From: an uncultured virus (IMG/VR IMGVR_UViG_3300042325_000542)
Taxonomy: Duplodnaviria; Heunggongvirae; Uroviricota; Caudoviricetes
Length of the DNA: 64,000 bases
Virus record (IMG/VR): IMGVR_UViG_3300042325_000542
Strand: one strand, 5' to 3'
The first letter of the stretch is position 1, and the number at the start of each line of letters is the position of its first letter. A program made the translations under genes and the position numbers. Below are positions 18,418 through 30,400 of the stretch, piece by piece. The notes beneath the pieces were generated by a model. The model saw nothing but the letters and a program-made list of their open reading frames with translations, had not been told where the DNA came from and made no database searches.

Positions 18418-19230
18418 ATGCAGTCTTCATTCCCATTTCCAGGTAGCTTTAATGCTGACCAAGCACCAGGCAATAAGTGGGAGCAATATACGGAAAGTAG
18501 AGATAGGCTTCGAGAGCAAGATCCTAAGTATTATAATGATACTGATTCAAGGAGATCAAAAGCCGAAGGAAATTTAACCTATCTTGGATTTATCGAAGTT
18601 GTCAAAATGCTTTGGGAAAACTCATATCCAGACATTCCAATTGTTGCAACATTTGGAGGTAAGTTTGCATCTTACCCTTGTGTAGCCTATGGCCTTGAAT
18701 TAAAGAGAGCTCATAATCAAGAACCCAAAATGCGATACAGGGATAAGGCTTTAGGTGAAGATGGTAAATATTACATTATAGAAGGTCAGCGTTTTCAGAA
18801 CGTTGTCTCTTTTACCGTTATGGTTGAAGCCAATGCTGGCCAGTTGTCAGGCGATCAACAACGATATGCTGGGGCAGAAGTAGCTGATAGAGTTATGGAA
18901 ATATTTGAAGATTTTATGTTGGAATACACTCCAGTTTTTAAGAGACTAGGGGCATCGGAACTCGTATATGCCAGAAGGGTTTCGGATACCGAAACAAACA
19001 TGGACCAAACTGATGTAGTTAAAAGAACAGTTACATATTTGTTAACAACTGAAAAAATACATGTATCAGCAGTTGATAAGATTGAGTCAATTGTGGCCGA
19101 TATACGCCAATGGGTTTCCTATGAAAAGGATCTAATAGAGCAGGCAGCTGCGACTCCTTCTTCGTATTACAATCCAGATATGAACATAGGTATTGTAGAC
19201 TTATTCCAAAGTGCTACCCCGAACTCATAA
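18418..19230 (+). CDS. Putative tail terminator/neck protein
   Basis: Lies directly before the sheath. GQRFQNVVSFTV...AD.VMEIFEDFM..Y pattern. Confidence 0.5.
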   Translation: MQSSFPFPGSFNADQAPGNKWEQYTESRDRLREQDPKYYNDTDSRRSKAEGNLTYLGFIEVVKMLWENSYPDIPIVATFGGKFASYPCVAYGLELKRAHNQEPKMRYRDKALGEDGKYYIIEGQRFQNVVSFTVMVEANAGQLSGDQQRYAGAEVADRVMEIFEDFMLEYTPVFKRLGASELVYARRVSDTETNMDQTDVVKRTVTYLLTTEKIHVSAVDKIESIVADIRQWVSYEKDLIEQAAATPSSYYNPDMNIGIVDLFQSATPNS

Positions 19231-19272
19231 TATTTAGTAGAATACGTAAATCTAGTTAGTTTTTACAGGTAC

Positions 19273-19286
19273 CCCATTACTATATC
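19273..19286 (+). promoter_or_regulatory. Putative late promoter (CCCATTACTATATC)
   Basis: Exact copy of 245-258, upstream of the sheath gene. Confidence 0.6.
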
Positions 19287-19332
19287 TTTCGAGTTAATCC
19301 ATTAAATCCCTGACTCGGAGGTTAAGAATAAC

Positions 19333-20598
19333 ATGGCTCTACCAGGTGTAAAAACAATAATTAAAGACCGCTTCTACAGCATCTCCCGTCAAGATAGTCC
19401 AGTCGGACCTAGAGTTGTGGTATTAGCAAAAAGATCAACAGCAGATGGAACAGGCAACGTTGCAGACCTTGACGTAGTTCAGTGCACAAATGAACAAGAT
19501 GTCATAACTGCTTTCGGTATTGATTCAGCTTGTCACAGAGCTTTTTTTGAACTTGTTTCTGCAGGCGCAGAAAGAATCTATATGGTCCCATTGCCAAGTG
19601 ATACTACATGGAACCACAGTACAGCTGCGGTAACAAGTAGTGCTTTTGGTGGGAGCATCCTTGATGCAATGTTCATTGCAGCAGAAGCCGCTCAACCAGA
19701 TATTATACTTCCTTGGGGAAGTGGTGCAAGAGCAGGACTCTGGGCCGCAACTCCTTCTGAAGCATTTTCTGCATCTGCCGATACAATTTACGGATTTCAT
19801 GCAGACAACTCAGTAACAATTGGAAATAACTGGGCAGTAAAAATTGCTGATAAAGTTAAAGAAATCAATGAGAACAGTCATCCATGTTTCGCTGTTATGG
19901 GAACAAAGCCATATGTCGGCGCTAACGACGTAATGACTCCTGGACAAGTAACAACACACCTCGGCTTAACAACTCTTTCAGACAGAGATTCAGCAACAAC
20001 ATATAATGGAGTTGCTGCTAAGGAACTTGGAAGACACGTTGCAGTAATTGGTGTAGAGTTAAAGCCTGCAGGTTATCCAGCGGCATGGGGTTATTCAAAT
20101 GGTGCATCAGTATTAACTGCTGCAGTTAGCAGAATGGCTTCATACACTTCGACTATAAACAAGACAGTTTACAACGTTGCAGCGCTAAGATATAATCCTA
20201 GCAAAACAACCTTGTTGGCAATGACCAATAAGGGTGTAAACTCAATCATGTTAAACTTCAATAGAGCTCCAGTCTTCACAGATGGTGTAACATTTGCTGG
20301 TTCTAGTTCAGACTACACAAGACTGACAACACTGAGAATTGTTAACGAAGCAATGTTAGTTGTCCGTCAGAGCTGTCAGAAGTTCATTGGTCAACCTTCA
20401 ACTATTCAAGTTAGAAACTCAATGGAAACCTCGATTACTTCATCCCTTAGAGGAATGCAGCAGTTGGGTGCCATCTTAGATAGCGATTTCAACATTAGAT
20501 ACATCGCTGAAGAAAACAAAGCACTTATTGACCTAGTTATAACACCTGCATTTGAACTTAGAAACATCGAAGTCCAAATGTCAGTTGAACTTGGTTAA
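19333..20598 (+). CDS. Tail sheath protein
   Basis: MALPGV N-terminus. C-terminal YTRLTTLRIVNE...FIGQP...ITPAFELRNIEV. Confidence 0.85.
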   Translation: MALPGVKTIIKDRFYSISRQDSPVGPRVVVLAKRSTADGTGNVADLDVVQCTNEQDVITAFGIDSACHRAFFELVSAGAERIYMVPLPSDTTWNHSTAAVTSSAFGGSILDAMFIAAEAAQPDIILPWGSGARAGLWAATPSEAFSASADTIYGFHADNSVTIGNNWAVKIADKVKEINENSHPCFAVMGTKPYVGANDVMTPGQVTTHLGLTTLSDRDSATTYNGVAAKELGRHVAVIGVELKPAGYPAAWGYSNGASVLTAAVSRMASYTSTINKTVYNVAALRYNPSKTTLLAMTNKGVNSIMLNFNRAPVFTDGVTFAGSSSDYTRLTTLRIVNEAMLVVRQSCQKFIGQPSTIQVRNSMETSITSSLRGMQQLGAILDSDFNIRYIAEENKALIDLVITPAFELRNIEVQMSVELG

Positions 20599-20645
20599 TA
20601 TCATATAAAAACACTGCAAATTTATATACCGATTAGGAGGGTAAT

Positions 20646-21335
20646 ATGGCAGGCGAATACTACGACAGTCCAGTAAACAAGTATCTCAATACTTATACAA
20701 CATTTTCTGGTGCTGATATTGTTGCCACTTTTGGTGGCGTTGAAATCGGAGCTCTTTCGGGAATCACTTTTTCGGTGACAAGAGAAAAGGCGCCAATTTA
20801 TACAATGGGTTCACCAAACCCACGTTCATTTTCAAGAGGTAAAAGAGGTATTGCTGGTTCGTTAATATTCACAGTATTTGACCGCCCAGCTCTGTACCAG
20901 ATGCTTGAGACACATCATAACTCTTCTTCGGAAATGAAGTTTTTCACAAGAGCTCATAATACACTTCCTGGCGATCCAAGCCACAAGAGAGGTATTGCTG
21001 AAGTAACAAATCAAACAAGAGACGTAGTTAGCAAGACACCATACTATGCAGACCAAATCCCACCATTCGATATTACAATCACATTTGTTAACGAATATGG
21101 CCAAGCTGCTGTTAGATCAATCTATGGTGTTGAACTGTTGAATGAAGGTTCAGGAGCTTCGATGGATGACATTGTTATCGAAGAGACAATGACATACGTT
21201 GCTCGTGAAATTGGTCCAATGTATAAGATTACAACGGATAATCTTAACAGATTCAACTCAGATGACCTAGGTTCATTAATCAGCAAAGATGCAGTGACAT
21301 CTAGCGGATTAAACAGCGAGATAATTAGACCATAA
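20646..21335 (+). CDS. Tail tube protein
   Basis: FSGADI...REKAPIYTMG...RGKRGIAGSLIF...PPFDITITF.NEYG. Follows the sheath. Confidence 0.8.
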   Translation: MAGEYYDSPVNKYLNTYTTFSGADIVATFGGVEIGALSGITFSVTREKAPIYTMGSPNPRSFSRGKRGIAGSLIFTVFDRPALYQMLETHHNSSSEMKFFTRAHNTLPGDPSHKRGIAEVTNQTRDVVSKTPYYADQIPPFDITITFVNEYGQAAVRSIYGVELLNEGSGASMDDIVIEETMTYVAREIGPMYKITTDNLNRFNSDDLGSLISKDAVTSSGLNSEIIRP

Positions 21336-21365
21336 TTATAATCAAATAAGTATAGTAGTAATTAG

Positions 21366-21412
21366 ATAGTGGAGGACTTGGTGTAGGACCAATCCTCCAC
21401 TATTTTATTTTT
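21366..21412 (+). terminator. Intrinsic terminator
   Basis: ATAGTGGAGGA-c-TTGGT / GTAGG loop / ACCAA-TCCTCCACTAT (16-bp stem, one bulge) followed by a T-rich tract. Confidence 0.8.
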
Positions 21413-21422
21413 AAGGAATAAC

Positions 21423-22196
21423 ATGGCATTTAACAAAGAAAATGTATCAGATATAGCGAATCTCACAACTATATCATCAAGAAAAAATAGACTCTCCATC
21501 TATGAAGAGGGTGTAAAAGAATTTAGAAGAGATAATAATCTTCCAGATCCATTTTCTGATATGTCATTTTCTGGTGCAGATATAACAGCTACAATCATTA
21601 TTCCTAAAATTGGAGAAAATGGATTCATTTCCAATGAAGGCGATGTGCTAGAAATGGCAGAGCTTCAAACAATATCCTATTCAATGCACAGGGAAAACTC
21701 TCCAGTAAGAACACTTGGCCATGTTAACCCAAGAGGGTTTGTCAAAGGTGCTAGAACTATAGCTGGAAGCATGATATTCACTCAGTTTAACGAGTACGCA
21801 TTTTATAGAATAGAAAGTTATAGAAAAATTCTTTCCGATAGCAAGGGCTACTTTGCACCATTGGCAGACATGTTGCCACCATTTGATATTGTATTTACCT
21901 TCTTTAACGAATACGGCTTGGCAGCAAAAATGAAAATATTTGGTGTTACCCTTGTGGATGAGGGTGGTACTATGTCAATAGACGACTTAATTACTGAGCA
22001 AACTTATACGTATATGGCTAGAGGGCTACAGCCTCTGGTACAATTAGATACGGCTCGTGATGACCTTAGATACCCAGATGGATATCAAGCTCAACAAAAC
22101 GAGAGATTAAGAATATCAACAAATGCTTTTGGAGATAGAGTCGAAGATTATAAGAATTTTATTGAAAGAATATATTCACCGCCTACAATCGTTTAA
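21423..22196 (+). CDS. Tail tube paralog
   Basis: FSGADI, RE.SPV.TLG..NPRGF..G.R.IAGS.IF and PPFDI..TF.NEYG are shared with 20646. Confidence 0.75.
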   Translation: MAFNKENVSDIANLTTISSRKNRLSIYEEGVKEFRRDNNLPDPFSDMSFSGADITATIIIPKIGENGFISNEGDVLEMAELQTISYSMHRENSPVRTLGHVNPRGFVKGARTIAGSMIFTQFNEYAFYRIESYRKILSDSKGYFAPLADMLPPFDIVFTFFNEYGLAAKMKIFGVTLVDEGGTMSIDDLITEQTYTYMARGLQPLVQLDTARDDLRYPDGYQAQQNERLRISTNAFGDRVEDYKNFIERIYSPPTIV

Positions 22197-22205
22197 GGTT
22201 TAAGT

Positions 22206-23225
22206 ATGACAAGTCCATATAGAGCTATTCCATATAGACCATTTAGTGGCTATATTCCATACGAGGATACCGTCTCAACTAACCCTGGTTTAGGAAATAA
22301 GAACGGAACATTTGATCCCCTTAGTGCAGAATTAGATCTTTATTGGGCTGGTGGCAAAACTACTGGGGATCCTCGTTTTAGTAATTATTATGACTACTTT
22401 TTCTCCGGTGAAGATGTAAAAGTATATATCGATGGTTTGTTTGATCCAAAAGATGAACTAGATATAGCTGGATTTGGTTTTTTAATTAAACAAGAAAAGC
22501 AAGCAGTCTATGGATTCTGGTCATACAACTTTGATGCCATGATGAATGGATCCAGAATAATAACTGGTCAGTTTTCTTTATACTCAAGATACCCTAGAAG
22601 GATGACACACCTTCTAGAAGAGGCAGCAAGAGTTAGAAGCTTCTCTGCATCGGGTAAATCTGATAACTCTGGAGTTGTATCTGTTTTAAGATCACAAAAT
22701 GAATCAAGAACAGATGAAGAAAACATACAGAAATATTGGGCCAATAGTCAGTTAGATAGAATAACTACTGATCCAGCAATAAGCACATCTTCAGCAGATG
22801 GCCAACATAACATCTTTAGCGCTCATCCTCCATTTAACTTCGTTATAGTCTACGGGGTAGAGGAATCCAGTTTGAGCCCCGTAGGAGTCACGGAGAACGC
22901 TTCTACGGCCTCTGTAGAGCAGAGAGACAACTTGGACAGGATAATATCTACTGATATCAATGAGCGAAAAGTTAAGATGGCCGATAACAAGACCCCAATG
23001 AAGATTGTTTTACAAAATGTACATCTCATGCAAATGAGCACAGAATACCAAAGCGGAGGATCTCCTTTAATAGAGACTTATAGCTTTGTGGCTAGGGACT
23101 TTTATCTTACAGAAGCAGAATCTGGCTTTAATCCATATACTGGTAAGACGTTTGTTACAACAGAGCCACAGGCTTCTAATGCTACAAAATCCGTGGTTGA
23201 GAGTCCATTGATAAACAGGACGTAA
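22206..23225 (+). CDS. Divergent tail tube-like / tube-initiator protein
   Basis: FFSGEDV, EKQAVYG, GSRIITG, PPFNF, ETYSFVARD. Confidence 0.6.
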   Translation: MTSPYRAIPYRPFSGYIPYEDTVSTNPGLGNKNGTFDPLSAELDLYWAGGKTTGDPRFSNYYDYFFSGEDVKVYIDGLFDPKDELDIAGFGFLIKQEKQAVYGFWSYNFDAMMNGSRIITGQFSLYSRYPRRMTHLLEEAARVRSFSASGKSDNSGVVSVLRSQNESRTDEENIQKYWANSQLDRITTDPAISTSSADGQHNIFSAHPPFNFVIVYGVEESSLSPVGVTENASTASVEQRDNLDRIISTDINERKVKMADNKTPMKIVLQNVHLMQMSTEYQSGGSPLIETYSFVARDFYLTEAESGFNPYTGKTFVTTEPQASNATKSVVESPLINRT

Positions 23226-23260
23226 AGTACTTAGCCAAGATAATAATTTTAATACAGATA

Positions 23261-23269
23261 TGATATAAT
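23261..23269 (+). promoter_or_regulatory. Extended -10 TGATATAAT
   Basis: Consensus TGnTATAAT upstream of AAGGAG RBS and ATG 23298. Confidence 0.6.
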
Positions 23270-23297
23270 GTAACTTGAAACGATATAAGGAGAAACA

Positions 23298-23837
23298 ATG
23301 TCTGAGAAGAGAAAAGTTGTAGTTAGACAAGATAAAGAAATGGCAGAAGAAATTTCTGCTGATTCAGTTGAGGTTTTTTTAGAGACGGATGAACCACAAG
23401 ATGGTGACATTATTGTATCTGATTATTCAGATGCGCAAATTCCCGTTGAGCAGGCGACAACGGTTGAGGAATTAGCAGATGATCAAGTTATTTTTGATAA
23501 CGGTCCTACAGCTGGACAAATCAAAGCATGGAAGAAACAGTACGGCGAAGTATATGTAACTTCTATTTCATTCGATAAGCATATCATATGGCGTGTTCTT
23601 TCCAGAATTGAATATAAGCAGCTTGTTAAGAAAATGGAAACCCTAATGCAAGCTGGTCAGCTATCTAATGCAGAGGCAAATATGTGGAACGAAGAAGCAA
23701 TTTCAGAACTTTGCATTTTGTTCCCATCTTATGACAAGCAAGCTCTCACCGGTGACATGGCAGGTCTTCCTTCTCTTATCTCACAAGAAGTCTTAGAAGC
23801 TTCTGGATTCGTCGCCCTAGAGGTTAGACAACTCTAA
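23298..23837 (+). CDS. Tail assembly chaperone
   Basis: IKAWKKQYGEVY...IWRVLSRIEYK...AGLPSLIS.EVL..SGF. Lies between tube and tape measure. Confidence 0.65.
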   Translation: MSEKRKVVVRQDKEMAEEISADSVEVFLETDEPQDGDIIVSDYSDAQIPVEQATTVEELADDQVIFDNGPTAGQIKAWKKQYGEVYVTSISFDKHIIWRVLSRIEYKQLVKKMETLMQAGQLSNAEANMWNEEAISELCILFPSYDKQALTGDMAGLPSLISQEVLEASGFVALEVRQL

Positions 23838-23838
23838 G

Positions 23839-24472
23839 ATGTTAGATGCAGGAATTCTTTTTGAGCTAAAGAAAAAACACGGTTCAATATTTCAAACAGA
23901 AATAAAACGGATCTGAGATAGTATTTAAAGAGCTAAGTTTTTCTGAGTTTGATAAAGTTGCAGCATACAAGAGTACAGCTGGTATGTCGTCTGCTGACGC
24001 AGAAGATGAAATTATTAAAGCCTCTGTAGTTTATCCTGAAGACTTTGATTTAAATAAATTTCCGCCTGGAGCCATAAGTTCTTTAGCTGAGCAGATAGTC
24101 GAATTTTCTGGCTTCGCATCAGCACGCACGGCTAAACGAATTTTAGAAGAAAAAAGAGTAGTAGCTAATCACGTTAGAGGCTTAATGAAAGCCTTTGTTC
24201 TGGCTACTATACATACAGATACTCCAGAATTTCTAGATTCGCTAACCTATTCAAAGCTAGCGGAAAGAGTTGCATTAGCAGAAAAGATAATTGAAGTCCA
24301 GCAAGCAATTGCTGGAATAGAATCTACTAACGTATCTCTATCCCTGATAGATCCTCAGGAAGAAAGAGAAAAAGAGAATCTATCAGCAGCTAGGCACAAT
24401 GCATCTAAGGTTGAAGGATCTGCAACATATAGTGACCCCATTGCTCAAAAACTATGGGGTATGAGCAGGTAA
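23839..24472 (+). CDS. Second tail assembly chaperone-like protein; needs +1 shift at 23908; 210 aa
   Basis: MLDAGILFELKKKHGSIFQTEIK[G]SEIVFKELSFSEF... joins ORF 23984. The rejoined N-terminus parallels the 23298 protein (KKxYGxVY...(W/F)(R/K)xLSxxE...PG..S.L..QI...SGF). Confidence 0.75.
23908..23911 (+). other. CGG-A +1 frameshift site 3
   Basis: ATA AAA C GGA TCT. +1-frame TAA at 23903 and 0-frame TGA at 23914 confine the shift to about 8 nt. Confidence 0.8.
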
Positions 24473-24495
24473 GATAAGATAAGAGGGGGTGACCA

Positions 24496-27400
24496 ATGCA
24501 GAGAGATAGAGGGCCGATCCATAATATTGGATTTGGCGTAACTTCTAGGGAATTCACCACCGGAGACGATACTCAAAATGGTCCATCTCCAGATTCTGGT
24601 TACGTTAGTAGAGCCCTAGAAGGTAGACCACTAGTAAAGATGGCTTCAGCCATGATTGCAACTGGTGTTGCAGCCACAGTTGCTGGAAAATTTGTAAGAG
24701 GTGGTGGCCTAAAAATACGGAAAAGCTTTTACCGAAAGAGCAGCAGGATCTGCTGAAGGCAGCTTTATATCTAGGGCCAATTACGGTTTATTAAAAGCAA
24801 GAAGTATACTCGATGAACTTGAAGGAGTAACTCGTTTAGAAGAAGGAAAAACAAAATTAGTTTTTGATTCCGCTGGAAAACTTCAAACAGGTTACGAAGG
24901 ACATAAGAGCGTTGTTAATGCTGGGTACGCATTTGGAGCAGAGCGCAAAGGCGCCTCATCAACCGCTACATGGCACTATAGAGATGAGCTTCAGCAGAGA
25001 CTAGTTCGTCAAGCTAGAAGACTGCCGTACGAAGTACCTGCTTTCTATGCAGCAGATAAATATATAACTAAGCCGTTATTTGGTAACGGTGAAGAAGATC
25101 TTGGACCAAAAAAGAAATGGTACGATCCATCTAGAGGTGTAGATATAGCTAAGGATTTAGCTAAAACAACTCTATTCCAAATGGGCGGATTCATGCTGCC
25201 AACAGCTGCGGCTGGTGCAGCAAAAGAAAGCTCATTAAATTTTTATAGAACAGCACAAGAAAGACTGATGGCAACAAACGCCACTGGTTATTCTACGATA
25301 AAAAATACAACAAAACATGCTATATATGAAAAGTCTTTAAACCTAAAAGGAATACTTGAAGGTGTTGGTCACGATTTATTTAGCGTATTAGATAAGTCAA
25401 TTAAGTTTTCGGAAAGATCATCTGGAGCTTTGTCAAGCGCATTTATCGCAATGACAGACATCCATAAGAACCCAGTTGCAGCTCTTTATTCACAGAGGCA
25501 TGGTTCTACTCCAGCACCTGGTGGAGCAAAACCTCCTAGAAGACAGGTAGTGCAAGATTTAGCTAAAGATATATATAGAGGCAATAAAACAAAACTAAAT
25601 CAAGTAGACGTAAATAAACCACTACAAGGAACGCAAATAGATTCAATGCTGGATCTGATTCCTGGTTATAAGGCAGTTAGACAAGGTGCAAAGTCAGCAC
25701 ATGAGCAATATCAAAAACTCTCCTTTGCTCAATCGTTTTTGGATAAACCTGGAACAAATTGGACTGAAATACAAAAGGGTTTTGGAAAAATTCTTGGAGT
25801 TGATAGAGCAACTCCATCTGGTGCTCGAGCAATAGACTCTTCACTCGGTGAATCAATATTAAATATTCAAAGAAAAAGATCATCAGATGTATTTAGTCTT
25901 TTAAATGAATTCAACACTAAAACAGGTGGAGAGGGACCAACAAGCACTTTCATAAAAATGTTGAGACAAGGTGCTTATAAAGATAGATTGCAGAAGCAGT
26001 TAATAGAAGGTGGGCTAGATGAATCTGTCGCCAAAAATTTTACTGCAAACCTTACTGTCAGTGATGACATCTATAGACTAGTTTCATCTAAGAAGACTGG
26101 TGGAAGTGTTAAAGAATCCATAAGCCCAACCGAACGATTGAGAATGGGTAAAGAAGAAATCGTTGGAGAAGATTTTTTTGGTCAATTAATTAATAGATTT
26201 AATTCTGGAAAATATGGAAAAAATAATCCAATACCAGATGTGTTTGACGCAGATAAACTAAGAAAAGCTGTAAAAGCAACAGATGACATTTTATTTGACG
26301 AAGCTTCATTTAGTCGCAAAGGTTTAAACGTTGGTATAAACACGGCAGCCGCACACGAGTCAGCTAGAACAGTTTTTGAAAAAGAAGTATTTTCTTCTGT
26401 ATTAAAGCCGCAAAAATTAAACAGAGTAAATTATTTAGATGCAGCTGGAGATTCAGTTCAAGCAAGTCAGCTTAGAGCTGAGATGGCTAGAAGAGCTGGA
26501 AAAGTATTTGGCTTAGACGAGTCAATCTTAGGTGATGCAAATAAGCTGCAACAAGCATTAGGTGCTCGTGGAATAGATATAAGAAATGCCTCTCAACTTA
26601 GAGGCTACTTAATGAATAATAAAGAAATGGTCGCTGGTGAAACATCTGGATTAGCTGGACTTTTTGGATTAAAAGGTCTTACTGTAGACGATTTTCTAGA
26701 TAGAGAAAAACTAGCTTACCAAACAATTACAGGCCAAATAACAGACCCATCACTTCAAAATTCTTTAACTAAAAATATACTAAGCGGAGATAATAGTGTT
26801 GAGCTAGGTATATTAAATAGAATTAAAACATCTTCTACTCAAACTACGTTAAGCAATGTTAAAGGATATTACACGTCGGGCGATCAGGTAGTAAACTTTA
26901 ATCCAATTAGATCTGGAATTAGAAAAGTAACAGAAGCTTTAGCTACTGAAACTAAAGTTCCAGTTATTGGAATTAACCCAATGCAAATGCTGGGTTATAA
27001 AGATTTTGCTGGAATGGCAAAAGCTGGAAAATATCAAGTAACTTCAGGAGCAGCAAGTCAACCATTTGTTAAAGGTTCTAAGGCAGACTTCTATACATGG
27101 CATAGCACTGGTGGTTTTCTAGGGACAAAGGGAAGACTATATGGTCACACAGGTGCTACCGCTACAGCTTTAGAGGGAACATATAGGCCAATTCCAACAG
27201 CGGTTTCATCAATGTTTACCAGCACCGCAGAACTAGCTGCAGGGCAAAGGACTCAGCAGAGTCGCACTGCAACAGGTGTGATGGGAAAAATCAGAGAGCG
27301 TTTAGATTACGCAGATGAACAACCAAACTCTTTATTTAGATTTTTTGGAAGACTAGTAAATAGACAAGCAGACGTAGAAAACGATGCTGTAATGGCCAAA

Positions 27401-30400
27401 TTAATGTCTGGAGAAGTAGATGAGACATTTTCAATTGGCGGATTTGGAAAAAGGAAGAATTTACAATTACGTACAGAGTTAGATGATGCCGGAGAAATAG
27501 CTAGATATAATTTACTTGATGTTGATTCGGGAGCACAAGTAGCATCACATTCTCAGTTAATGGAATCATTTACTAGATTTGCAAATAGGCAATTAAGTTA
27601 TGGAACAAACAAATCAGTTCAAAGAGAAGTGCTTGGTTCCTTTACGTCAGAAGATCTTGCTGGTCTTAGTGTCGATGATTTTGTTGGAATATCAACTCCA
27701 GCTCAAGCAAATAGAGTCTTTAGCGCATTAAATGATGTTTTAGAATCTCAAAGAAAATCACTGGCTACAGGAAATGAAACTGCTTTAAAGAGATATCAAG
27801 ATGTAAGTAAGGCATTTGCTAGAATTAAATCTTTTGCAGATATAGATGATTTCTCGCAGCAATCAAAGATGTTTGAAAAATCATCTAGCATTGTAACTAA
27901 AGGCGATGAAATGTCGTCAGAAGTATTTAGATTTCTTCTAGAAAGAAAAGCAATACTAACTGGCGATCCATTAACGGTAATGCAGAATGTTACTTCTGCT
28001 GTAGATGATTTAGCTGCAAGAGGAATTATATCTTCTGCACAAAAAGCAGAAGCACAAGCTTCAACTTTGTCTACAATATTCAACCTAACAGCATTCGAAA
28101 CGTATAGATTTAGTCCTGGAGCTGGAACTTCGTTAGCAAAAGAAAACCTAGAAGGAACACTGCAAAATCCTTTAAGAAGATTTCAAGAAACTAGAGATTT
28201 ATTAAGTAAAGGTACTTTAAAGAGTTTATTAGATCCACACATTCAAGGTGATATAGTTACCACTGGTCAGTCTTCATTGGTATCTCAAATTGGTATAAAT
28301 AAACCATTTGCTTTCTTTAAGAAAAATTTGGGAATGGGCAGATATGCCGAGAAACCTACTGCTAGTCCTTTATCTGGACAATCTGGTCCAGAAACATTTG
28401 CCTTTGTCCCAACGTTTGGAACAGCTCTTAAAAGGAATCCAAAAGCTGCACTGCTAAGTGCAACGGGAATAAAAACATATGGAAATGAAGAAGGTTTCTC
28501 TTTAGCATCTGTTCCAATATCTCATGGTTTTAATAGATTAAATAGATACTTTGGGAGCGTTGGTTCTAGTCTAGACGCAGATAATTTCCATGGTCCTCTG
28601 GATATGTATTTCAGAGGAATGAACGCGGAAAGGGTTTTACCTGCAGTTGCAATAGGAACTACTGCATTAGCTATAGATAGAACAGCAGGCGGATATACGC
28701 AGCGTAAAGATGAAAGAGGAGAAAGGGTATATTCTCCGCTAGTACTTGGTACAGCAGCTAGAGTTGGAGTAGAGGCGCAAGCTGCAATCTCTGGTGTTAT
28801 TCCAGGTGGAATGGGCTACGGGCAAAAAAGACAGCAACTGTTGTCTGGCGAAGTGGCGATAAGAAAAGGAAGATACTGGCCTTTAGGTAATACAAAATTT
28901 AGTGGTGGAAAAATAGAATACTACAGACCATCTTGGTACAGAAGACTGCAAGGTGGAGCGATGTTTACATCAGACACCTATGGCAGTCCAATGGAAAAGA
29001 TGTTATATTACAATGACTTTTCTCCATTAAGACCATTAGATCCTTATAGATTTGAAAAAAAGCATTATGAAGATAGACCTTATCCTGTAACTGGAGAATA
29101 TTTTTCTGGTCCATTTGGCGCAGCTGTACCAATCTTAAATGCAACTGTAGGAAGAATCTTAAAACCACAAAAGGTAATGCACAAGCAGGAATTAGATAGA
29201 GCATTATCTAGTTATGTCCCAGTTGGCGCCAGCGGCGCCTACATGCCTCAGGAGACTCCTGGTAACGTTGGCTACGTAGAACAAAGGGATCCAGCTGTTA
29301 GCTATCCAGCAGCTCGTCCAGCACCGTATGGTGGAAAACCACTTAGGTTTATATCTCCACTTTCAGACTACGCTGAAGCAGCCGCTTCGTCTCCAATTGG
29401 GAGTACCGCTGGATCTTATAATATTTCTCGCTCAAACCAAGTATTAGCTAACAGTAGCGGATCACTTAACACCGCAAGACAATTAGTTCGTGGTCAATCA
29501 GGGGCACAAAACGATGCATTAGCTGCTGCCGCATATCAAAGAGTTCCCGTTTCTACACAAGTGCAACCAGTTCAATTTGGTCCACCAGCAGGACCTGGTA
29601 TTATGCCAGCAAAAATTGTTGCAGCAGGAATGCCAATAAGATCTGGAAGTAATGAATTCTTATCTGGAGAACTTGGTTACAGACTGCAGGAAACATTTGG
29701 TATATATGGTTTTGCTGGTGGAAATATAAGATCTGCTTTTGGTTTTGGTTCATATGACTTTGAACCAGATAAATCAGTTTTACAATCAGCATCAAAAGCA
29801 TATGGTACCACTAGAGCTTTTTGGGATTTAAACTTAGGTGGATTAGGAGACGTGCCTCTTCAATCTGATGGTGCTCTTGGAAATATTGAAGCTTCTGAAA
29901 TAATAAGAAGGTTTATTCCAAAAGAAAGAACTAATGTTAATTTTATTAACCCGATTAAAAACACAATGGGCGAACAGTATCCGTTTCTTCCCAATAGCAG
30001 TAACTTCATTGACTTTACTACAGGTGATCCATTCACAAAAGTAAAAGAAGGTGAACTAAGACTACCTGGTGTGGGTTACGAAAGATTTAATAGAATTTAT
30101 TCAGACTCCAGTGGAAGATATGGCGCAGTAAATCAATTAGATATCCTTGCTGACGTAGCTCCATATTCAAAAGAATTCAGAGCTTTGAATTCAAGAATAG
30201 ATAAAATGGGATTAGGTGAAGATGAAAGAATTAAAGTTGGACAAATAAGAGCTCAGCAAAATGCAATAGAGAACAGTAAAACTGATTTTACTCCTTACAC
30301 AGAATATTCCACTCTTGAAAAGATAGCTAATCCAATACGAACAATAAAAGAATCTGTACTACATACAGACAACTTTATTAACAACAAATTTACTGGTGAA

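Noticed and set aside
23800..23845. Canonical -1 G/GT tail-chaperone slippery site
   Set aside because: No X XXY YYZ heptamer near the end of 23298..23837. The next gene has its own ATG at 23839.
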